Positions 53,023 through 63,257 are shown, numbered from the stretch's first letter. The stretch is DNA of 64,000 nt from an uncultured Gemmatimonadales bacterium (GCA_963730185.1 CAVSQW010000014.1:192001-256000); one strand, 5' to 3'. Numbers and translations are program-made. The notes: a model not told the origin generated them from the letters alone.

Positions 53023-55476
53023 ATGGACCTCTTCGTTCAGGATCTCCGGTACGCCGTCCGGCGCCTCCGCCAGGCCCCCGGGTTCACCTTCGTCGCCGTG
53101 TTGATCATCGGTCTCGGCATCGGGGCCAACACGGCGATCTTCTCGATCGTCAACGCGGTGCTGCTCCGGCCGCAGCCGTTCGCCCAACCGGACCGGCTGG
53201 TCAACGTCTACGTGAGCGGCTCGAACGGCAGCGCGGCCGCGACCACGTCCTACCCCGAGTATCGCGCTCTCCGGGAGCGGACCGACCTCTTCTCCGGGGT
53301 GGCCTCGTTCGACCTCCAGATGGCCAGCCGGGCCACCGCCGAGGGATCCGAGACGGCCTTCGTCGAGGTGGTGTCGGCCAACTACTGGGACGTGCTCGGC
53401 CTGACGCCCTCGCGGGGACGCGGCTTCCGGGCCGATGAGGACCGGCCCGGCAGTAGCGTGGTGGCGGTGATGGGCTACCAGATGTGGGAGCGTCGGTTCG
53501 GGGCCGACCCCGGAGTGGTCGGGAGCACGGTCCGGCTCGACGGAGTGCCGGTGACGATCGTCGGGATCGGGCCCCGGAACTACCGCGGCGTCGTCGGCGC
53601 CCTGACCACCGAGTTCTGGATTCCGACCGGGTCAATGGCGGCGCTCACTCCCGAGCTGGAGGGCCAGCTGGAGCGCCGGGACATGCGGTCGGCCTGGGTT
53701 CGAGCCCGGCTCCAGCCTGGGGTGACGGTGGAGCGGGCCCGGGCCGGCGTCGAGGTCCTGATGGCCGCCCTGGCGCGGGAGTTCCCGGCGAGCAACGCGG
53801 GCCGGACGGCCCTGGTGGTCCCCGCGGCCGGCGTGCGGATCTACCCGGCCGTGGACCGGGCGCTCTATCCGATCGCGGCCCTGCTCCTGGTGGTGGTGGG
53901 GCTGGTGCTGGCGATCGCGTGCAGCAACCTGGCCAATCTGCTCCTGGCCCGGGCCACGGCCCGCCAGAAGGAGGTGGCCCTGCGGCTCGCGCTCGGATCG
54001 AGTCGAGGTCGCCTGGTCCGCCAGCTGGTGACCGAGAGCGGGCTGCTCGGACTACTCGGCGGTGCTCTGGGGCTCGGCCTCGCCGCCTTACTGGTCCGGG
54101 CGATCGTGTCGTTCCAGCCGCCGATCGCGGTTCCCCTGGCGCTCGATCTCCACCTCGACGGCCGGGTCCTGGCCTTCACGGCGGCGCTGGCGTTAGGCAC
54201 CGGGCTCCTCTTTGGCCTGGCGCCGGCCCTCAAGGCCACCCGGCCCGACCTGGTCCGGGGTCTTCGGGACGAAGAGCACACCGTGGCCCTCGGCGATCAT
54301 CGGTTCGGTCTCCGCAACGTGCTCGTGGTGCTCCAGGTCGCCGGGTCGGTGGTGCTCCTGATCGGAGCGGGGCTCTTCGTCCGGAGTCTGGGGCACGCCC
54401 AGCAGATCGATCCGGGCTTCGAGCGAGATCGGGCGGCGATCCTGACCGTCAACCTGGGCCTGGGTCGGATGGACTCGACCCGGGCGCGGCAGCTCCTCCA
54501 CGACTTCGCCGACCGGATCGCGGCCACCCCCGGGGTCCGACAGGTCGCGCTGACCGACCGGGTGCCGTTGGGATTCACCGTCCGGACTCGCGAGATCACG
54601 ATTCCCGGAGTGGAGCCGCCCGCCGGGCACGATGCCCTCGAGGTCGACTACGGGGTGGTCGGCCCCGGCTATTTCCGGACCCTCGGCATTCCCCTCGTTC
54701 GGGGGCGAGGATTCGAGCCGGCCGACGACCAGTCGTCGGCCACGGTGGTGGTGGTGAGCGAGGCGATGGCCCGGGCCTATTGGGGCACGGTCGACGTGAT
54801 TGGTCGGCGGCTCCGGCTCGACGGCGCCACCGGCCCGGCGCTGGAGATCGTCGGGGTGGCCCGAGACACCAAGGTCCGGACCCTGGGCGAGCAGCCGAGG
54901 CCCTATCTCTACGGCGCATTCGAGCAGCAGTACGACGACCTGGTGGCGGTGGTGGCCGCGACCGACGGCGACCCAACGCCGGTCGTGGATCGGATGCGGC
55001 GCGAATTCCGCGCGGCCTACCCGGACGTGCCGATCTTCGACGCCCAGACGATGGCCGAGCATCTCGGCCTGATGTTGTTTCTGCCGCGAATGGCGGCCGG
55101 CCTGCTCTCCATCTTCGGACTGCTCGCGGTCGGGTTGGCGGCGGTGGGGCTCTACGGCGTGGTCGCGTTCGCGGTGGCCCGGCGGACTCGCGAGATCGGG
55201 GTCCGGATCGCGCTCGGCGCCGCCTCCGGCCAGGTGATGCGCCTGGTGCTGGGGCGGAGCATGGCACTGGTGGGCGTCGGCCTCGGCGTGGGGCTGGTGC
55301 TGGCCCTGGTAGCCGCTCGGTTGCTGGCCGGCGCCCTCTACGGCCTGTCACCTAGCGATCCGATCGCGATCGGCGGGACGATCGGGTTCCTGGCCCTGGT
55401 GGCGGTCCTCGCGAGCTATCTGCCGGCGCGGCGGGCGGCTCGGGTCGATCCGCTGGTGGCGATCAAGGGGGAGTGA
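53023..55476 (+). CDS. ADOP-type ABC permease (no prefix domain, no adjacent PadR)
   Basis: QDLRYAVR.L...PGFT, GIGANTAIFS, IACSNLAN, RTREIGVRIALGA. Confidence 0.94.
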   Translation: MDLFVQDLRYAVRRLRQAPGFTFVAVLIIGLGIGANTAIFSIVNAVLLRPQPFAQPDRLVNVYVSGSNGSAAATTSYPEYRALRERTDLFSGVASFDLQMASRATAEGSETAFVEVVSANYWDVLGLTPSRGRGFRADEDRPGSSVVAVMGYQMWERRFGADPGVVGSTVRLDGVPVTIVGIGPRNYRGVVGALTTEFWIPTGSMAALTPELEGQLERRDMRSAWVRARLQPGVTVERARAGVEVLMAALAREFPASNAGRTALVVPAAGVRIYPAVDRALYPIAALLLVVVGLVLAIACSNLANLLLARATARQKEVALRLALGSSRGRLVRQLVTESGLLGLLGGALGLGLAALLVRAIVSFQPPIAVPLALDLHLDGRVLAFTAALALGTGLLFGLAPALKATRPDLVRGLRDEEHTVALGDHRFGLRNVLVVLQVAGSVVLLIGAGLFVRSLGHAQQIDPGFERDRAAILTVNLGLGRMDSTRARQLLHDFADRIAATPGVRQVALTDRVPLGFTVRTREITIPGVEPPAGHDALEVDYGVVGPGYFRTLGIPLVRGRGFEPADDQSSATVVVVSEAMARAYWGTVDVIGRRLRLDGATGPALEIVGVARDTKVRTLGEQPRPYLYGAFEQQYDDLVAVVAATDGDPTPVVDRMRREFRAAYPDVPIFDAQTMAEHLGLMLFLPRMAAGLLSIFGLLAVGLAAVGLYGVVAFAVARRTREIGVRIALGAASGQVMRLVLGRSMALVGVGLGVGLVLALVAARLLAGALYGLSPSDPIAIGGTIGFLALVAVLASYLPARRAARVDPLVAIKGE

Positions 55477-56122
55477 GCGACGGGACAACCGGAGCGCAGT
55501 CGGCGCACGGCGTCCGGCCCCGAAGCGCCGTGATCCCCTCGGTACCGAGGATCGGAACCATGGCCAGAGCCGCGACGGGATCGGCCCACCACCAGCCGAG
55601 CAGGGCATTGAGCAGGAGGCCGGCGAGCAGGATCACAGAGAGATAAAAGCAGAAGTCCGTCTGGCGGGCTTCCGCGGTCAGGGCGCCGCTTTGGAGCTGA
55701 GCGGCGACCCGGCGTTTGGCGCGGGCCAGAAACGGCATGACCAGCAGAGAGCCCAGCGCGATGACGATCCCGAGGCTCGATTCCTCCGGGTGAGCCCGGA
55801 GGAACAGGGTCCGCACCGCGTCCACCAGCACGTAGGCCGCCAGCAGCAGGAAGCACGTCCCGATGATCCGGAGGGCGCCGCGTTCGGCCCCGTGCCGGGC
55901 CGCGGGTGTCGCGTCGGTCCGGAGCCGCCAGAGGCCCGCCACGCTGCTGCACACCTCGATCACGCTGTCGAGCCCGAATCCCACCAGCGCCACGGAGCCG
56001 GCGGCGAGGCCGGCTCCCACCGACACCGCCGCCTCCAGGCAGTTGTAAAGGATCGTCGCCCAGGTGAGCCGCTGACCGCGGCGGACGACGGCGCCGCGGT
56101 CGGGCAGCGGGACGGTGGTCAT
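55463..56122 (-). CDS. Cation diffusion facilitator-like membrane transporter (TM domain only)
   Basis: YN.LEA, GSVALVGFGLDS.IE, PEES..G, AK.R.A..L.S.AL.AEA.QT, GWWWADP.AAL. Confidence 0.85.
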   Translation of the reverse strand: MTTVPLPDRGAVVRRGQRLTWATILYNCLEAAVSVGAGLAAGSVALVGFGLDSVIEVCSSVAGLWRLRTDATPAARHGAERGALRIIGTCFLLLAAYVLVDAVRTLFLRAHPEESSLGIVIALGSLLVMPFLARAKRRVAAQLQSGALTAEARQTDFCFYLSVILLAGLLLNALLGWWWADPVAALAMVPILGTEGITALRGRTPCADCAPVVPSLTPP

Positions 56123-56138
56123 CCTCGGAAGGTACGGG

Positions 56139-57335
56139 TCAGGGCTTGAGCTTGTCGAGCTTCTCCTGGATCGACTTGCCGTTCGAGACCAGCGCGAGCG
56201 CCTGCTGGTAGTAGCTCCGTGCCTTGGCCTGGTCGCCCTTGCCCGCCCAGAGGTCGCCCAGCCGGTCGTAGCCGCGGAAGCTCTTGGGGTACACCTCCGT
56301 CTGGATCTCGGCGAAGGTGATCGCCTTGGCCGTGTCCTGGGTCGCGGCAAAGAAGGACAGCAGCCCGATCATGTGCTCCGGCGGGGTGAAGGTCGCGCCC
56401 AGCTTGGCGGAAATCTCCTGGAAGTGGGTCGTCAGGATCCGCGGCTGGTCGAGGAGCTCGAGGAGGGGGAGCTTGTACCCGTCGAAGATGAAGTGGAGCG
56501 CGTCGTACTCCGCGATCATCGGGACGGAGCCGTGATCGTCGTGGGGATAGTACTTGTAGGCGTAGCGGATGCCGCTGTTGTTGAAGGCCTCGAGGATGGC
56601 GTTGAACTGGATGATCGAGTCGAAGTGCACGTTCGCGGTGGTATCGGCCGGATTGATGGTGTTGGCCTGCCCCACGTAGAGCGCCTTGCCGGCGAGGTGC
56701 GCGGTGCTGAAGTACGGTCGCGCCTTCCAGAGCAGCTCCTGGTGGTCCCACCAGAGGCTCGGATCGATGGCCACGTAGGCGTTGAACGTCTCGGGAATCG
56801 CATAGAGCGCGTTGACGACCGCGATCCCGCCGAACGAGTGGCCCACCAGCACCCGGTACGGCATCGTGCGGTAGGTCGACTCGATCTTGGGGATCAGCTC
56901 GGTCTGGATGAACTGGAAGAAGTTCGGCATCCCGCCGCTGGTCTTGAACGCCGGCGTCGGCTTGCCGTCGAATCCGATCTCGGTGTGGGTCGGCGTCAGG
57001 TCGCGGGTCCGATCGGTGTTGGGGATCGCGACGACGATCATCTCCGGGAACACGAAGGTGCCGTTGACCCCGGTGGCCAGGATCTGGATCAGGCCGGCGA
57101 CCGACTGGAAGTGCGCGTCGCCGTCGAGGAGGTAGAGTACCGGGTAGCGCTGCGGGGTCGTCGTGGTGTCGTCGTACGACGGCGGGGTATAGACCAGGTA
57201 CGGCCGGGTCTCTTTCAGGACCGTCGACTTGATCGAGTCGACCGTGCCGATGTGAACGATCTTCTCGAAGCGGCTCTGGGCTCGACCGACGGTCGGAACG
57301 AGCAGCGCCAGCAGGAGCGGGGTCGTGAAGCGCAT
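56139..57335 (-). CDS. Putative esterase (IroE/Fes-like alpha/beta hydrolase) with C-terminal TPR
   Basis: YPVLYLLDG, TDRTRDLTP, GHSFGG, PSLWW, HGSVP; TPR-like tail; signal peptide. Confidence 0.88.
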   Translation of the reverse strand: MRFTTPLLLALLVPTVGRAQSRFEKIVHIGTVDSIKSTVLKETRPYLVYTPPSYDDTTTTPQRYPVLYLLDGDAHFQSVAGLIQILATGVNGTFVFPEMIVVAIPNTDRTRDLTPTHTEIGFDGKPTPAFKTSGGMPNFFQFIQTELIPKIESTYRTMPYRVLVGHSFGGIAVVNALYAIPETFNAYVAIDPSLWWDHQELLWKARPYFSTAHLAGKALYVGQANTINPADTTANVHFDSIIQFNAILEAFNNSGIRYAYKYYPHDDHGSVPMIAEYDALHFIFDGYKLPLLELLDQPRILTTHFQEISAKLGATFTPPEHMIGLLSFFAATQDTAKAITFAEIQTEVYPKSFRGYDRLGDLWAGKGDQAKARSYYQQALALVSNGKSIQEKLDKLKP

Positions 57336-57470
57336 GGGGGGATCACCAGGCTGGGAGTTGACGGTCGGAGTGCCGGATCATTTTAACGCTTCGCGGCCGG
57401 TCGTGCCCGCCCGGTCGGGCGGCCGGTCGGAGCCGGCCCGGCGGCGCCAGGCTCGACCGGCGCCGTGGAG

Positions 57471-58847
57471 TCAGGGCCGGGTCCCGCCGGTCCGGGGCCA
57501 GCGGACGACGGCCCAGACCAGATCGGCCCAGATCGCGGCCGCCGGGCCCGCGGCCGGTTCGTAGCTGAATCGCGCTCGCCCGTCGGTGAAGGTCGTCCCG
57601 CCGGCGAATCGCAGCGCGACCGATGGCTGGGGGCCTCGTTGGAGCGTCAGGCCACCGTCGCTCATCCGCACCTTCACGTCTCCATAGTCGCCCACGAAAC
57701 GGGTGAGGTCGGCCGGCGGGGCGTGCTCCGTCGGCGGCGTGGGACCGAACACGGCTTCGGCGATTTGGCTCACCAGCGGGTCGGGGCGCACCGGGCCCTG
57801 GGTGTTGATCAGCACCGCGATGGTCAATGAGTCGTCGGGAAAGTAGGCGAGGTACGACGTGAAGCCCTGGATGTCGCCGCCATGGTGGAAGACCCGATGG
57901 CCGGCCATGGTCCCGAGCGCCATGCCGAGGCCGTACCGGGTCTGGCGGCCGGCGGCGAGCGTCTGAGGCCGGGTCATCTCGGCGAGGGCGGCGGCCCCGA
58001 GGATCCGACCGCCGAAGAGGGCCTGGGTCCAGGCGACCAGATCGAGCGCGGTGGAGCAGAGCGCGCCCGCCGCGAATGGAATGACCGGGTTAATATACTC
58101 CGCCGGCCGAAATCCGGTCGGGGCGAAGTCGTACCCTCTGGCGCGGTGGAGAATCAGGGCCCGCGGGTCGCAGTACCGGGAGTGGCGCATCCCGGTCGGC
58201 TGGAACAGCCGGTTGGCTACGAAGTCCGCGTAGGGCCGGCCACTCAGCGTCTCGATCAGCTTTCCGGCGAGGAGAAAGCCGGTGTTGCTGTAGCGCATCT
58301 GTTCGCCGGGCGGGAAGTAGAACGGCTCTCCCTGCGCCAGCGCGATCACGGAGTCCGGCGGCAGGTCCCGGCGCTTCAGAAACTGGAAGGCCGGCAGGTC
58401 GGGGACGTCGACCAGCCCGGAGGTGTGCGACAGCAGCTGCCGGATGGTGACCCGTCGCCCCTGGGTGGGGGCGTCGGGCAGATACCGGGTGATGTCGTCG
58501 TCCAACCCCAGCTTCCCCTCCTGGACCAGCAGGAGGACGGCCGCCGCCGTGAATTCCTTGGTAACCGACGCGATCTGGAAAGCGTGCTCGACCGTCATCG
58601 GCACCGCGTTCTCGAGCTCGGCCGATCCGTAGCCTCGCGCCAGCAGCGTGTCGCGGCCCCGGACGACGGCCACGGCGAGCCCGGCCACCTGGCCGGCCGC
58701 GACCGGGGCACGGGCAAGCGAGTCGAGCAGCGCCTCCGTGCGGGCCCGAGTCGGCGCCTGAGCCCCGACCGCACCGGCCCCGAGGACGACCAGCAGGAGG
58801 GTGAGCGGCGCGAACCGGAGTCGACGACCGGCGCGGGAGTCCATCAT
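57471..58847 (-). CDS. Serine hydrolase (beta-lactamase family), exported
   Basis: SVTK, LLSHTSG, YSN, HGG motifs. Confidence 0.9.
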   Translation of the reverse strand: MMDSRAGRRLRFAPLTLLLVVLGAGAVGAQAPTRARTEALLDSLARAPVAAGQVAGLAVAVVRGRDTLLARGYGSAELENAVPMTVEHAFQIASVTKEFTAAAVLLLVQEGKLGLDDDITRYLPDAPTQGRRVTIRQLLSHTSGLVDVPDLPAFQFLKRRDLPPDSVIALAQGEPFYFPPGEQMRYSNTGFLLAGKLIETLSGRPYADFVANRLFQPTGMRHSRYCDPRALILHRARGYDFAPTGFRPAEYINPVIPFAAGALCSTALDLVAWTQALFGGRILGAAALAEMTRPQTLAAGRQTRYGLGMALGTMAGHRVFHHGGDIQGFTSYLAYFPDDSLTIAVLINTQGPVRPDPLVSQIAEAVFGPTPPTEHAPPADLTRFVGDYGDVKVRMSDGGLTLQRGPQPSVALRFAGGTTFTDGRARFSYEPAAGPAAAIWADLVWAVVRWPRTGGTRP

Positions 58848-59067
58848 GGTCACAGGTTCCGAGGGTGGAATCGGCGGCGACGCGAGAGGCCTTCGGACAG
58901 CGAATGTCATACGGCGAATGGCGGAGCCAGGTTTCGGCGATTCCAGTCCCTGGGCCTTAGAGCGCTCGGCAGGCATCATGACGATTGGCAATTCGGGATG
59001 GCGCGGGCACTTTTCGATCGACATCCACTCGGAGCACAGCGTGGCAACGGAGCACGGTGGCGGTGAC

Positions 59068-60561
59068 ATGAGCGGTCGGTCGTATCTCGCGGCCAGTCTG
59101 GGTATGGCCTTGGCCCTGGTGGGCTGTGGCGGTCGGACTGCCATGCCGGCTGAGCGCCCCGAGGCCCGGATCGATCGGGTGCTCGACGGCCTCGTTCCCG
59201 TGCTGGCGATTCGGGGTGAGCCTCCCATGCAGTGGACCCTGCGCGAGCGGATGGAGCACTACCACGTGCCGGGGGTGAGCATCGCGGTCATCGACAGCGG
59301 CCGCATCGTCTGGTTGCGCGCGGTCGGGCTCAAGGAGGCCGGCGGCACCGATCCGATCGACACGGCCACGGTGTTCCAGGCGGGATCGATCAGCAAGCCC
59401 ACGTTCGCCGTCGGGGTCATGCGCCTGGTTCAGGACGGCAAGCTCTCCCTCGACCGGAACGTCAACGACCTGCTCACCTCGTGGAAGGTGCCGGACAATC
59501 GCTTCACGGCCACCGAGAAGGTGACCCTCCGGCGGATCCTGAGCCACACGGCGGGCCTCACGGTGCACGGGTTCCCCGGATATCCTCCCGGCGACTCGGT
59601 GCCGACGGTAGTCCAGATTCTCGACGGGAGCCCGCCGGCCAACACCGCTCCGGTCCGGGTCGATACCGTTCCCGGCAGGCTCTCCCGCTACTCCGGCGGG
59701 GGCACCACCGTCGCGATGCTGGTCGTGACCGACGTCATGGGGCGCCCGTTTCCCGATCTGATGCACGACCTGGTGTTGGCCCCGGCCGGGATGACGCGAA
59801 GCACCTACCAGCAGCCGCTCCCGGCGGCCTTCGCCGTCAACGCCGCCAGCGGGCACACCGGGGCGGGCGAGGTGGTCCCCGGTCGGTACAACACCTACCC
59901 CGAGATGAGCGCGGCGGGGCTCTGGACGACGCCGGCCGATCTGGCCCGCCTGGCGCTCGAGCTGGAACGGACCTGGACCGGAGCCTCGTCGCCGCTGATC
60001 AGCCGGGCGACGCTCGAGCAGATGTTCACCGTCCAGCCGCCGCTCAGCGACAGCGGGTTCGGGATCGGCTACCACGTGTCGGGGACCGGACCCGACCTCG
60101 AGTTCTCGCACGGTGGCGCCGACATCGGCTTCCGGGCGGAGTTCGTGGCGTTCGCCGAACGGGGGCAGGGCGCGGTAGTCATGACGAACGGAGACGGCGG
60201 CGACCGCCTGGCTGGGGAGCTGCTCGCCAGCATCGCGGCGGAGTATGGATGGCCGAGTCACCACCCCCTGGAAAAAGTGGTACTGGCCCGCGACTCAGCG
60301 GCGCTCGCTCCACTGGCCGGCGAGTACGAGCTCGAGATGGGTGGTCCGAAGCCGCTGGCGGCGATCGTGACGATCGAGGGTGGCAAGGCGCTTCTCGATC
60401 TCCAGGCGATCGGGATGGGCAAGGTGGAGCTCCTGGCCGATTCCGACTCGACCTACTTCCTCCGGGAGCTCGGCTACCCGGTGGAGTTCCCGAGGAATCG
60501 GGCGGGGCAGGTAGAGTCGATCGTGGTGGCGGGGTCGGTCTCGGGCCGGAAGGTCCGCTAG
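59068..60561 (+). CDS. Serine hydrolase (beta-lactamase family), lipoprotein
   Basis: LVGC lipobox; SISK, SHTAG, YSGGG, HGG; C-terminal DUF3471-like extension. Confidence 0.9.
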   Translation: MSGRSYLAASLGMALALVGCGGRTAMPAERPEARIDRVLDGLVPVLAIRGEPPMQWTLRERMEHYHVPGVSIAVIDSGRIVWLRAVGLKEAGGTDPIDTATVFQAGSISKPTFAVGVMRLVQDGKLSLDRNVNDLLTSWKVPDNRFTATEKVTLRRILSHTAGLTVHGFPGYPPGDSVPTVVQILDGSPPANTAPVRVDTVPGRLSRYSGGGTTVAMLVVTDVMGRPFPDLMHDLVLAPAGMTRSTYQQPLPAAFAVNAASGHTGAGEVVPGRYNTYPEMSAAGLWTTPADLARLALELERTWTGASSPLISRATLEQMFTVQPPLSDSGFGIGYHVSGTGPDLEFSHGGADIGFRAEFVAFAERGQGAVVMTNGDGGDRLAGELLASIAAEYGWPSHHPLEKVVLARDSAALAPLAGEYELEMGGPKPLAAIVTIEGGKALLDLQAIGMGKVELLADSDSTYFLRELGYPVEFPRNRAGQVESIVVAGSVSGRKVR

Positions 60562-60734
60562 AGGTGCCTCTCCCAGCGCTGGCTCTCCGGCCCCGACGCT
60601 GCCCGGCCTGACCCGCCCCTGGCGCGGGCGGCCGCAGGGCCGTGGGCCAGGCGGAACATCCCGAGGCCCGGCTCGCCCTCGAGCGGGAGCGAATCTAGAC
60701 CGGAGCTCCTTCGCAGCGCGTGAGCCATGCCGAC

Positions 60735-60809
60735 ATTCCGACCGTTGAACCGGAAGTCGGCATGCCCCATGCGAGCCGATGCCCCGACCCCATCCTTCCG
60801 AGGTGCCAT
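60735..60809 (-). pseudogene. Remnant of an MmcQ/YjbR-like gene
   Basis: DGVGASARMGHADFRFNGR aligns with DGVMEGSHMGHPDFRVNGR of 45171..45515; similarity is lost afterwards. Confidence 0.55.
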
Positions 60810-61086
60810 CGTCCATCCGGCGGGTCGAGGTGAGCCATTGCCTGCCCGCCTGGTCTCGCCGACCGAACGGACGCGACCTTGGGGGTGGCGGAGTCCGCGA
60901 CCTGGCCGCGTTCAAGGGAGAGGCAGGCTCCGAGGAGACAATCATGCCAAGCGGGCCGATTCTGCTGTCCCCCACGTCGGTGACCGTGGTCGGCGTCAAT
61001 CAGGGGCCACCTCTCCATTGGAAATCGGGGATGGGGCTCGACCGCTGATGGATCGAGCCCTGCCGGCGTGGTCGATCGAGGGATCC

Positions 61087-62673
61087 ATGGGCCCGGTCGG
61101 GAGTCGTCCCGGCGCGAGATGGCAGCTCTGGATTTCGGCCAGCGTCGCGTTCGTGGCGAGCGGCTGTACCCTGGTCATCGAGTTGGTCGCAGGTCGCATC
61201 CTGGCGCCGTTTGTCGGGGTTTCCCTTTACACCTGGACGAGCATCATCGGGGTCGTGCTGGCGGCCTTGAGCGCGGGTGCGCTGGCGGGTGGCCGCCTCG
61301 CGGACCGAGTGCCTCGCAACGAAAGTCTCGGTTGGTTGCTGATCGGTTCCGGGCTGGCGGCCCTGGTGGTGGTGCCGATGGTCCGATGGCTCGGTCCAGT
61401 GCCGTTGGCCACCAGCCTCATGCTTCGGATCACGATCCTCACGGCGTTCGTGTTTTTCGCCCCCTGCTTTCTCTTGGGGGCGATCACCCCGGTGGCGATC
61501 CGTCTCGCGGTCCGAGACCTGGACGCCACCGGATCGATCGTGGGTCGCATCACCGCCCTGTCGACGCTGGGCGCCATCGTCGGGACGTTTGCGACGGGCT
61601 TCGTCCTCATCTCGCATTTTGGAACGCGGAGCATCCTTCTCGGGATCGCCGCTGGGCTGACGGGGTTGGGGCTCTGCGCGGTTGGGATCGCGCGCCCGGC
61701 CCGACGACACCGCCTCGCGGGCCTCCTGCTCGTTCCTGTCGTCTTCGGCCTCGCCGGGAGCGCCCGAACGTCGTCCTGGCTTGCGGCCCGCGATCGGGGT
61801 GCCGAGCTGGTTGAGGAGAGCAACTACTTCACCATCGAGCTCGACGAATACACCCGCGCAGACGGGCGGGGACCGCTGCAGGTCTTGAGTCTCGATCACC
61901 TGATCCACTCGTACACGGATGTCCGGGACCCGACCTTTCTGGTATACGACTACCTGCAAGGGGTGGCGGACCTGGTCACGGTCTGGAGTAGGGGCGCGGG
62001 TGGGCGGGGGCCGCGATCCCTCTTTCTGGGTGGTGGGGGGTACACCTTCCCGCGCTACCTCGAGGCGCGGTACCCGGGCAATCCGATCGACGTCGTCGAG
62101 ATCGACCCCGCCGTGACCCGCGTGGCGACCGACCACCTCGGCCTCGGCGCCAGTACAGCGATCCGCACCATCAACGAAGATGCTCGCTGGTTCGTCTCTC
62201 ACTTCGACGGCCGACCCTACGATTTGATCGTCGTCGACGTCTTCAACGACCTGGCGGTCCCCTATCACGTGGCCACTCTCGAGTTCTACCAGCGCCTTCG
62301 GGAGCTGCTGACGCCTCGGGGCGTCCTCGTGGTCCACGTCTTGGACCGGTTCGATTCCGGTCAGTTCCTCCCGGCCGTCGCCTTCACGATCCGGCGGGCA
62401 TTTGGCCGCGAGCGCACGATGCTCTGGGCCCACGAACGATCGGGGCGCCGCGACTTGCGTGACAGCTATCTCGTCCTCGCCACTCGACGTGACCAGGTGG
62501 CCGGTGACCTGACGCGGCGCCTCCGCGGGTGCGCTCCCTGCCGGCATCGGGGGAGGGTGCTGAGCCGGCCAGAACTGGGGGCGTTCCTGACCGCCCGCCG
62601 TCCGATCCTGCTCACCGACGACTTCGCGCCGGTGGACCGGCTGGTCTTGTCGCTCTTCGACGCCACCTGGTAA
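61087..62673 (+). CDS. Fused membrane domain / spermidine synthase-like methyltransferase
   Basis: ELVAGRILAP..G.SLYTWTSIIG, LGGGGYTFPR, VEIDP, DAR, DVF, LTDDFAPV. Start could be 61048. Confidence 0.9.
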   Translation: MGPVGSRPGARWQLWISASVAFVASGCTLVIELVAGRILAPFVGVSLYTWTSIIGVVLAALSAGALAGGRLADRVPRNESLGWLLIGSGLAALVVVPMVRWLGPVPLATSLMLRITILTAFVFFAPCFLLGAITPVAIRLAVRDLDATGSIVGRITALSTLGAIVGTFATGFVLISHFGTRSILLGIAAGLTGLGLCAVGIARPARRHRLAGLLLVPVVFGLAGSARTSSWLAARDRGAELVEESNYFTIELDEYTRADGRGPLQVLSLDHLIHSYTDVRDPTFLVYDYLQGVADLVTVWSRGAGGRGPRSLFLGGGGYTFPRYLEARYPGNPIDVVEIDPAVTRVATDHLGLGASTAIRTINEDARWFVSHFDGRPYDLIVVDVFNDLAVPYHVATLEFYQRLRELLTPRGVLVVHVLDRFDSGQFLPAVAFTIRRAFGRERTMLWAHERSGRRDLRDSYLVLATRRDQVAGDLTRRLRGCAPCRHRGRVLSRPELGAFLTARRPILLTDDFAPVDRLVLSLFDATW

Positions 62674-62741
62674 CCACTCCGCCAAGCCGGCCCGTTGGGG
62701 AGACGCAGTTGGCGCCGGCGCCCACCTCAGGGAGGCCTCTC

Positions 62742-63257
62742 ATGCCACGGATGAACACCATCTCGCTCGCCACGATCGTGCTGTTCTCTGCCGCCGCGAC
62801 GCCGCCGCGCCCGGCCCCCTGGGCCTGTCAGGTGGTCGTCGAGTCGAGCTGGGGACGCCGGGCCTATGCCTGCGGCAAGTACAAGGAACGGTTGTTCCTG
62901 CCGCTGGAGGCCGTAGCGGAACTGGTGTCCGGCGGTCGCACCCTCGAGCCCGGCTTGGCGCTCCGTCCTCCAACGCTGCTCGCGATTCCCGCGATGGATG
63001 GCTCGGACAAGGATGCCAAGGTGGAGGGGGCCTGGCTCCAGCTCAACCCGAAGCTGGCGGCGGCCGGACGCTCGGTGGTGATCAGCTCGGGTGTGGTTCA
63101 GGCCGAGGGGCAGGCCTGGGTCCCGGTCGACGACTTCGCTCGGGCGACGGGGGCACCTGTGCGATCGGATTCCCGCGAGCTCGCCGAGATCCAGGTCACC
63201 CACGTCGCGATCCCGCGCCAATGTGAGAGGTGCCCGTTGGTGACGACGATGCGGTAG
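62742..63257 (+). CDS. Exported hypothetical protein with copper-amine-oxidase N-terminal/stalk-like motifs
   Basis: GGAGG RBS; signal peptide; LFLPLEAVAELV and GQAWVPVDDFARATG; four Cys. Confidence 0.6.
   Translation: MPRMNTISLATIVLFSAAATPPRPAPWACQVVVESSWGRRAYACGKYKERLFLPLEAVAELVSGGRTLEPGLALRPPTLLAIPAMDGSDKDAKVEGAWLQLNPKLAAAGRSVVISSGVVQAEGQAWVPVDDFARATGAPVRSDSRELAEIQVTHVAIPRQCERCPLVTTMR

Noticed and set aside
57380..57470. GC-rich inverted segments as a structured ncRNA
   Set aside because: Pairing is expected by chance at this GC content, and no recognisable RNA family motif is present.
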